Assembly (NCBI GenBank): GCA_041662625.1 | Contig: JBAZSB010000001.1 | Location: 182,467 to 246,466, forward strand | Source of the DNA: Patescibacteria group bacterium | GTDB lineage: Bacteria > Patescibacteriota > Patescibacteriia > Buchananbacterales > UBA6539 | Length of the DNA stretch: 64,000 nt | Direction of reading: 5' to 3' | Shown: piece after piece, positions 57,238 to 64,000 of the stretch | Layout of the letters: every line of letters begins with the position of its first letter | How positions within the stretch are numbered: the stretch's first letter is position 1 | Notes under the pieces: model-generated | What the model was told of the DNA's origin: nothing | What the model saw: only the letters and a program-made list of their open reading frames with translations | Database searches by the model: none | Position numbers and translations under genes: made by a program

Positions 57238-58410
57238 CTAGCTAAAATTTTTGGTTTGCTGAGCAATCATTAATTCTTCGTCGGTGGGAATAACTATACT
57301 TTTAACTTTGGGCCAGGCTTTTCTCACTTCTCTCATGATCAAATTTCTGATTATTTGATTTCTTTCGCCAATACCAGCGGTGAAAACAATATAATTAGTG
57401 CCGCCCATTAAAGTGGCATAGCTGCCGATGTATCGGACAATATTATAAATAAATATTTTTAAGGCTAGCTGGCCTTGTTTTTTTTCTTTTTGAGTAAATC
57501 TTCTTTTTGCTTTATAGCCAGGAATTTTATAGCCTGAGGCAATCATAATATCACGCATGTCGTTGCTATAACCAAAAATACCCAACAACCCTGATTTTTT
57601 ATTTAGAATGTCTGAAATCTCTTCCACATTAAGATTCAATTTTTTCATCAGAAAAAAAGCAACCGATGGATCAATATCGCCGCTTCTGGTTCCCATTGTT
57701 ACACCCTCTAAGGGCGTAAAGCCCATGGAAGTGGCAATCGCTTTACCAAATTTAACTGCGGTGATTGAACAGCCAGAACCCAGATGGCAAGTAATAAGTT
57801 TGAGTTTATTTAAAGGTTTTTTTAGTTTTTCTGCAGTTTTTAAAGTGACATAATTATGAGAGGTACCGTGAAAGCCATAACGGCGGATTTCAAAATCTAA
57901 ATAGTACTGAAAAGGAATGGCATAAAGGTAAGCATAATCGGGAATAGTTTTATAAAAAGCGGTGTCAAAAACAGCAACATTTTTAATACTCGGCAAATCT
58001 TTCAAGCAAGTAGTAATACAAGTAAGATTAATGGGGTTATGAAGCGGAGCCAATTCGTTATATTTTTCTAGTTTACTTAAATTTTTTTTAGTAATAACTG
58101 TTGGTTTCACGAAGTCTTGCCCGCCATGGACTACCCGGTGGCCGACAATTCTAATTCTTCTTTTCCAGTGTTTGAGGTGGGCTAAAACAATTTGGAGGGC
58201 CTGATGATGGTTAGGGATGCCTTCTGGATAAGTTTTCATGATCATTCTTTTTGACAAAGTCTCTTCAATTTTAATAAAGGAGCCTTCAAGGCCAATTTTT
58301 TCCACAATTCCTGAAACTGCAACCGAAAAATCATCTTGGTGAAAAACTTTAAACTTTAGAGTCGCTGAGCCGGAATTAATTACTAAAATATATTCTTTAA
58401 ATTTTGCCAT
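57238..58410 (-). CDS. ackA: Acetate kinase
   Basis: INSGS, GHRVVHGG, APLHNP, FDTAF, YGFHGTSH, CHLGSG, TRSGD, TDEE. Confidence 0.95.
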   Translation of the reverse strand: MAKFKEYILVINSGSATLKFKVFHQDDFSVAVSGIVEKIGLEGSFIKIEETLSKRMIMKTYPEGIPNHHQALQIVLAHLKHWKRRIRIVGHRVVHGGQDFVKPTVITKKNLSKLEKYNELAPLHNPINLTCITTCLKDLPSIKNVAVFDTAFYKTIPDYAYLYAIPFQYYLDFEIRRYGFHGTSHNYVTLKTAEKLKKPLNKLKLITCHLGSGCSITAVKFGKAIATSMGFTPLEGVTMGTRSGDIDPSVAFFLMKKLNLNVEEISDILNKKSGLLGIFGYSNDMRDIMIASGYKIPGYKAKRRFTQKEKKQGQLALKIFIYNIVRYIGSYATLMGGTNYIVFTAGIGERNQIIRNLIMREVRKAWPKVKSIVIPTDEELMIAQQTKNFS

Positions 58411-58459
58411 AAATAAAAAAAATCATTGTCATCACTTCTAAAAAGGGTGATTTTGTCTT

Positions 58460-58546
58460 TTATTCAAGTTTTGACTTAATAATTAAAGCTGCCACTACAC
58501 CGACAAAAACAAGAAATAAAACCATCCACATTGGGCCACTAGACAT
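58460..58546 (-). CDS. Small single-TM peptide (28 aa)
   Basis: MSSGPMWMVLFLVFVGVVAALIIKSKLE fills the pduL-ackA gap in the same orientation. Confidence 0.45.
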   Translation of the reverse strand: MSSGPMWMVLFLVFVGVVAALIIKSKLE

Positions 58547-58564
58547 AAGATATTTAATTAATAA

Positions 58565-59185
58565 TTAGATAATAATTTCTCCGGTTTGGCCATCTTTCAG
58601 ACCAGCGGCATTAGCTTCATCCGTATCGAGGTGAACTCTTGGCTTAAAATTTTCATTAACCCTCACTAAAATGTTATGGAAGGTAACACTTCTTTGACCG
58701 GTTGTTTTTAAAGAAATTAATTGCCCGTTTTTAAGACCAATTTTTTGCGCGGTTTTTGGATCGGTATGAAAATGACGATAAGCAATAATTATAGAACAAC
58801 GTTTAATTTTTCCTTTGGGGCCAGAAATTTCAGCAATCACGCAGCCATCGATTTTGTCCGGACAAGTACATTCGGCCACAGGTGGTTTAATTTTTAAATG
58901 ATAGGCTTCGGTTAGAGAAACTTCTACTTGTGTATTTTTTCTTTCTGGGCCTAAAATTCTGACATCCTCAATTTTTTTATCGCCTACTGCAACAGTTACT
59001 GTTTCTTTAGCAGCAAATTGTTTATTTTGTGATAAGGTTTTAAGTGGTGTCAGTTGATAATTTTTGCCGTAAATTACATCTAAATCTTTACGGGAAATAT
59101 GGCAATGGTGACCCGAGACCTCAATTATAGCTTTTCCGCCATAGGTGGACCCGCCTTTAGCGGTCATTATCTTATTTTTATCCAT
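58565..59185 (-). CDS. pduL: PduL-family phosphate acyltransferase
   Basis: EVSGHHCH, LSQ..QFA, VRILGPER..TQVEVS, RHFH, HLDTDEANA. Confidence 0.88.
   Translation of the reverse strand: MDKNKIMTAKGGSTYGGKAIIEVSGHHCHISRKDLDVIYGKNYQLTPLKTLSQNKQFAAKETVTVAVGDKKIEDVRILGPERKNTQVEVSLTEAYHLKIKPPVAECTCPDKIDGCVIAEISGPKGKIKRCSIIIAYRHFHTDPKTAQKIGLKNGQLISLKTTGQRSVTFHNILVRVNENFKPRVHLDTDEANAAGLKDGQTGEIII
59135..59164. repeat. 30-bp double-hairpin palindrome in frame in pduL
   Basis: TCCGCCATAGGTGGA CCCGCCTTTAGCGGT, encoding TAKGGSTYGG. Confidence 0.7.
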
Positions 59186-59208
59186 ACTTATTTAATTTTT
59201 AATATTAA

Positions 59209-60222
59209 TTACTTTTGTAATCGTTTTTTTAGTTCTTTTAGGTTCAGCAGACCATTGTGAGCACCAATTTTTGTTATTACCGAAGCACTATTAATTATCC
59301 CCCACCTTAATGCTTTTTGAATATTATTATTTTCTGAAATTAAGCCAGCCAGAAAACTGGCACCAAAGGCATCCCCAACTCCGGTCGTATCAATAACCTT
59401 TGGTTTTAGAGCTTTTTGTCTATAGATTTTTTGGCCATTATAAGCCCAGGCTCCCTTATTCCCTTCGGTAATTACTATTATCTTTGGCCCCCATTCCTGA
59501 AGAATATTTAAAAGGTATAATGGTCGATTGAGATAGTTAGGATTTTTTTTGCCTAGTTTGACTCCCGATAAGACTAATTCGATTGCTTCATCCTTATTTA
59601 AGATCAAAATGTCAGTTTGTTTAAGAAAATCATTTAAGACTCTTTTGCCTTCTCGCAATTGGCGGCTACCGGGGTTCCAAACGATTTTAATCTTTTTTTG
59701 TTTAGCAAGTTTAAAAATTGATTTTAAATTTCTTTGCCAACCGAGCCCGGCGAGCGACGTAATATAAAACCAGTCACTGTTTAATTTATTATTATTCCTT
59801 TGATCAAAATCTAGAAAATTAGCGGCGCCGCGATAAGAAAAAACTATATGTTCTTTCTCTTTTTTTTCAGTGGTTAAAATTACAGAAAAACCAGTTTGGT
59901 TTCTCTGATCTAGCTGAATTAGGCCAGTGTCAACTTTTTCTTTTTTTAGGTTAGCTAAAACTTCTTTTCCCATTTCGTCTTTTCCAACGGCAGCGATAAT
60001 AGCGGTTTTCAAATTTAAGCGAGCTAAACAAACAGCGGTATTGGCTGCACCGCCACCAGAATTAAAATAGGCCTCTTTAATATTAATTTTTCCGCCCCAT
60101 TCAAAAGCCAGCATCTTTTGGGCGGTGAGATTTTCCGGAGTAGAAAAAATTCGGCCTTCCTTAGTGTAAAAAGTAATGTCTCTTACTGCCCCACCGATTG
60201 TTACTATATTAAAATGATTCAT
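59209..60222 (-). CDS. PfkB-family carbohydrate kinase
   Basis: GGGAANTA, NKDEA, DTTGVGDAF. Confidence 0.9.
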   Translation of the reverse strand: MNHFNIVTIGGAVRDITFYTKEGRIFSTPENLTAQKMLAFEWGGKINIKEAYFNSGGGAANTAVCLARLNLKTAIIAAVGKDEMGKEVLANLKKEKVDTGLIQLDQRNQTGFSVILTTEKKEKEHIVFSYRGAANFLDFDQRNNNKLNSDWFYITSLAGLGWQRNLKSIFKLAKQKKIKIVWNPGSRQLREGKRVLNDFLKQTDILILNKDEAIELVLSGVKLGKKNPNYLNRPLYLLNILQEWGPKIIVITEGNKGAWAYNGQKIYRQKALKPKVIDTTGVGDAFGASFLAGLISENNNIQKALRWGIINSASVITKIGAHNGLLNLKELKKRLQK

Positions 60223-60254
60223 AAAGTCGGCACAATAACAATTATTTTTTTAAA

Positions 60255-60635
60255 TTAACTTTTTTTGATGGCTGCCTGACTAATCTTTTTAACCAATTCA
60301 TCAATAGACAAATCTGCTTTGACCAGGTAGTCTATCGCTCCCAGTTCTAGCCCTTTCCTGATTTCTTCGCTTTGGCCCAAATTAGACAAAATGATCACGG
60401 GAATTTCCCTGGTTTCTTTTTGTTGTTTCAAATTGCTTAGACACTCGAAACCACTTTTGCCAGGTAAAAGAATGTCTAAAATAATAATGGCTGGTTTTTC
60501 AATTCTGGCTTTTTCTACCCCTTCATCAGCCTCAAGGGCTAAAATTACCTTAAATTTTTTTTGATCCAGGGCCGCTTCAATAAGTTTGACCAGTGATTTA
60601 TCATCTTCAATCACTAAAATTTTGGTCTTGGCCAT
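60255..60635 (-). CDS. Single-domain response regulator
   Basis: IEDD, ILDILLP, LSN, DYLVK. Confidence 0.92.
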   Translation of the reverse strand: MAKTKILVIEDDKSLVKLIEAALDQKKFKVILALEADEGVEKARIEKPAIIILDILLPGKSGFECLSNLKQQKETREIPVIILSNLGQSEEIRKGLELGAIDYLVKADLSIDELVKKISQAAIKKS

Positions 60636-60653
60636 ATGATTTATTTAGATTAT

Positions 60654-62213
60654 TTAAGCTATTGGCAGGCTAATATAGAAGGTTGATCCTTTGCCCAATT
60701 TACTGGTAAACCAGATATCACCTTGATGTAAATTAATAATTGATTTGGTAATATAAAGGCCTAAGCCGGTCCCTTCAGACTCTGAACTTAAAACTTTTTT
60801 ACTCCGAAAAAACCGAGTGAAAAGTTTATTCTGTTCCTCGGGGGAAATTCCAATGCCCGTATCTTTAACCGCTAAAATTAAATAGCCTTTTTTATTGTCA
60901 ATAAAATTGATTTGGCTAGATACCAAAGTGTTACTAATTTTTTTTAATTTTTTACCGGTTTTTTGATCTAGATTAATAGAAACTTTTCCACCTCGGGGAG
61001 TATATTTGATTGCATTAGAAAGTAAATTAGTAATAACTTGGGCAATTCGATTAGGATCGGCGATAATTTTAGGCAAATTTGTCTTTTTACTTGGCCATTG
61101 AATTTTAATTTTCTTTTCCTTGGCTTGTGCCTTAAAGCCATTAATCACATCTGAGACTACTTCTTCCAATATAATCATTTTAGGTTCGACCTCGAATTTA
61201 CCTTCTTGAAGTTTTGCTAAATTTAAAAGATCTCGTACCAAGACAAGCAGTCTTTCATTGCCGCGATAAATCTGATTAATTAATTCTATTTGTTCCCCGT
61301 TTAATTTTCCCGGCCTTTGGCTTTTCAGCATTTCTAGACTCCATTTGGTTGTACCTAAAGGCGCTTTAAGCTCATGAACAGTAATTGAAACAAATTCTCG
61401 TTCTTTTCTAAGTATATCTTCCGGTTTTTCCGTTTCTCGTTTTGTCATTTCAATCGGACTAGCTTTAAAAGTTGGCAGGTAAATGAAAAAAATAGTCATT
61501 TTATTTTCTTGGCTGATAAATCCGATTTTTCCCCCTGAAGCTTCAATAACTTTTTTTGCTAAGTAAAGATTCAAACCCAAGCCTTCAGTTTGGGTTTTTA
61601 TGGCATTAAGACCTCGAAAAAATTTAGAAAAAACTAAATGTTTTTGATTTTCCGGGATGCCAATTCCATTATCTTTTATTTTGATTAGCACATATTTTTT
61701 TGATTTTTTTAAACCGATTTTTACCCTGCCTTTTTGTTTGGTGTAACGAATCGCGTTATCAATCAAAGCATTGAGCACCGGTTCAAGGTACAAAGGATCA
61801 ACATAAACTTTTGGTAAGTGCGGTTCGGCATCAAAATCAATAGTACAATTAGAAGCTTGGGCAAAATTTTTATGTTTAGCAATTAGATTCTTGATTATTT
61901 TTTTTAGGTCAATAAATTTTGGCATTAAATCTAAGCCTTTTTCTTCAAGCCGCGAGACACGCAAAAGATCACCAACTACTTTAACCATGAAGTTATTATT
62001 TTGGTAAGCCTCTCTAATTATTTCCCTTTGCTTTTCTAAAAGATTACCAACTTGGCCGCTTAGCAGGGTGTCCAGTGACCAACGAATGGCTGAAATCGGC
62101 GTTCTCAATTGGTGTGAGGCTACAGTAATAAAATCACTTTTGATGTCTTCTAATTTTAGCTTGTCGGCAGCAAGTAATTCTGCCACCTTATTATTTTTTT
62201 TATTTTTTCCCAT
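60654..62213 (-). CDS. Tandem double histidine kinase (2x HisKA-HATPase), no sensor or TM
   Basis: H-boxes SHQLRTP and VHELKAP; N-boxes NAIRYT, NAIKYT; G-boxes DNGIGI/GLGLNL and DTGIGI/GTGLGL. Confidence 0.9.
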   Translation of the reverse strand: MGKNKKNNKVAELLAADKLKLEDIKSDFITVASHQLRTPISAIRWSLDTLLSGQVGNLLEKQREIIREAYQNNNFMVKVVGDLLRVSRLEEKGLDLMPKFIDLKKIIKNLIAKHKNFAQASNCTIDFDAEPHLPKVYVDPLYLEPVLNALIDNAIRYTKQKGRVKIGLKKSKKYVLIKIKDNGIGIPENQKHLVFSKFFRGLNAIKTQTEGLGLNLYLAKKVIEASGGKIGFISQENKMTIFFIYLPTFKASPIEMTKRETEKPEDILRKEREFVSITVHELKAPLGTTKWSLEMLKSQRPGKLNGEQIELINQIYRGNERLLVLVRDLLNLAKLQEGKFEVEPKMIILEEVVSDVINGFKAQAKEKKIKIQWPSKKTNLPKIIADPNRIAQVITNLLSNAIKYTPRGGKVSINLDQKTGKKLKKISNTLVSSQINFIDNKKGYLILAVKDTGIGISPEEQNKLFTRFFRSKKVLSSESEGTGLGLYITKSIINLHQGDIWFTSKLGKGSTFYISLPIA

Positions 62214-62294
62214 ATACTAAATATTATAACATAAAATTAATTATAATAAAACCCCCTTTCGGGGGTATGTTAGCACTATAATAATTTTTAGACT

Positions 62295-62651
62295 TTAATT
62301 AGATTTAGCTATTTCCTCTAGTCGTTCAGCCACGGTCTGGTCCAAATCCTGATATAACTGAGGATCTCTTAGACCCAGCTTACCATCTTCTTCAATGCAG
62401 GTTCGTAGGTTATCAATCTGTTGTTCAAAATCGTGAACTTGGTCTAAAAGCTTTGCCAGTTCACCGGAATAATCATTGGCTCTATCAGTTTGGCTTTGAT
62501 CGAAAATCTGTTGCCATTTTTCCTTAGTTAATCGGAGCTGGACGGTAAGTTCAGCTAGTCGGTCAAATTGCTGTTCTTTTGACATTCCAGTAACTTCCGC
62601 CTTAAGTCGGTCTAAACCAGTGAGATAGTCCTGCATTAATATATCTGGCAT
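62295..62651 (-). CDS. Hypothetical helical protein
   Basis: 118-aa ORF followed by a terminator-like hairpin at about 62249-62266. Confidence 0.6.
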   Translation of the reverse strand: MPDILMQDYLTGLDRLKAEVTGMSKEQQFDRLAELTVQLRLTKEKWQQIFDQSQTDRANDYSGELAKLLDQVHDFEQQIDNLRTCIEEDGKLGLRDPQLYQDLDQTVAERLEEIAKSN

Positions 62652-62663
62652 TAGTATTTGAGA

Positions 62664-63857
62664 TTAAAGAATTAAAAGTTGATGGGAGACTTGTTCGACA
62701 AAATGAAATTTTACCAAAATCATGGCTAAAAGTAAAGCGATTACCACAACGCTCTGGAGAATGATGGAAGCATGTTGAACTTTGATTTTGATAAAGATAT
62801 TCAAAGCTAAAGAAATCAGAATAAAAATCAGAAAAGCAAGAAAGAATATATTTGAATATTCAATTACTAAATCAACTAATGCCTTGCCGGATTTTTCTTC
62901 AGTTGCTACCACAATTAAACCTTCATTAGGATATTCCGTTGGGTTTTGATTAGTAATTTGTATTTCTTCTTCAGTCGGCGTGACTTGTTCACCGGCGACA
63001 TTGGCATTCTCGGGATTTTGATTAGTTAAAGCCACTTCAGCATTTTGTTTTACCGGTTCCGGTGTTTTAGCTAAAGTCGAAAGATCTTTTCTTTGGGTGC
63101 CAAAAAATTCTACCAAAAGAATTGTTTGGTGGCCACCAATCTGGCCTTCTATAACTGCCATACCAACTTCTTTGTACTTGGGGTTTAAAATATTTCGGCG
63201 GTGAGATGGACTTTTCATAAAAGCTTCATGGACGGTTTCAGCAGTTTTGAAATCCATGGCCAAATTTTCTCCGGCATAAACATAATCATATTCGCCCCGA
63301 TCAATCCACTGCCAAGGCTTTTTCCCTTCCGGGGTATCATGAGCAAAGTAGTCACGATTGATCATATCCTGTCCTTTAGCTTGGGCGAATTTTTCTAAAA
63401 AAGTATCTGATACTAAAGGTTCAATGCCAGCTTCTTTCCTTGACTCATTAACCAGATTAATCATGTTAGACGAAATAATGGTGGATAATTCAGCCGGAGT
63501 CGGATAGGTAATAAACAGAAAACCTGTCACTAGGAGTTTTACTGAAATTACAATCAAGGCATAGCTGAGAAGACTTTTTGGCCTTAAAGCTCTAGGTTTA
63601 TTGTCATTGCCATCATAAGGGATGAAAAAGTCTTTAATCAAACAAGCTGAATCTTTGCAAAAGCGGCCAAAATCCTCTTGACCCTGAGATAACTCATTGA
63701 TCTCTTTTTTTTGACCCCTAACAAATATCTTCCATCTTTTAGGGTTAACATAAAAAATTAAAAAGCAAATGGCGTTGAAAATAATACTAAAAATCCCCAG
63801 GGTTTTTAACCACTTTAGGTTCTTTTCTTGAGATTTTTTGTTCGTTTGACCAAACAT
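62664..63857 (-). CDS. CAP (SCP) domain membrane protein
   Basis: LVNESR, DMINRDYFAH, AGENLA, SPSHRRNIL; flanking TMs. Confidence 0.88.
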   Translation of the reverse strand: MFGQTNKKSQEKNLKWLKTLGIFSIIFNAICFLIFYVNPKRWKIFVRGQKKEINELSQGQEDFGRFCKDSACLIKDFFIPYDGNDNKPRALRPKSLLSYALIVISVKLLVTGFLFITYPTPAELSTIISSNMINLVNESRKEAGIEPLVSDTFLEKFAQAKGQDMINRDYFAHDTPEGKKPWQWIDRGEYDYVYAGENLAMDFKTAETVHEAFMKSPSHRRNILNPKYKEVGMAVIEGQIGGHQTILLVEFFGTQRKDLSTLAKTPEPVKQNAEVALTNQNPENANVAGEQVTPTEEEIQITNQNPTEYPNEGLIVVATEEKSGKALVDLVIEYSNIFFLAFLIFILISLALNIFIKIKVQHASIILQSVVVIALLLAMILVKFHFVEQVSHQLLIL

Positions 63858-64000
63858 GAGAAGTTCAGTTAATCTTGATTATTTAATTATATCATAAGAT
63901 TAACTTTTTGTCAAATCCCTCTACTTTTAGCAGGAAAACCGCTAATTTAATGAAATTATCTAGATCAAAAAATTTTAATCTAAAGGGAAAGGTTCGGTCG

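Overview
AT-rich bacterial chromosome segment, standard genetic code, with about 90% of genes on the minus strand. The gene content (secDF, ftsEX, dnaB-recR, rplU, tgt, recJ, lepA, murJ, ackA-pduL, DUF4012/GT4 glycan cluster, VirD4-like ATPase, membrane-anchored Clp) suggests a Patescibacteria/CPR (Parcubacteria/ABY1-like) genome; this taxonomy is inference. RNA genes are tRNA-Gln, -Gly, -Thr, -Lys, an unusually long RNase P RNA (about 543 nt) and a candidate 6S-like RNA. The most interesting signal is a layer of small inserted DNA. (1) A roughly 280-bp element holds only a GIY-YIG nuclease gene inside perfect 15-bp inverted repeats and a 5-bp direct repeat, sitting at an operon junction. (2) A 30-bp double-hairpin palindrome occurs in-frame in pduL and in the T-loop of a degenerate tRNA-Lys copy. 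(3) Imperfect palindromes with 7/8-nt periodicity occur intergenically, in-frame in tgt and in RNase P helix P12. Also noted: a tRNA-Gln with paired leader and trailer, a decayed second rnhA, an orphan purF lacking the N-terminal Cys, and several GC-richer, Shine-Dalgarno-led small genes. All calls come from reading the sequence; no searches were run.
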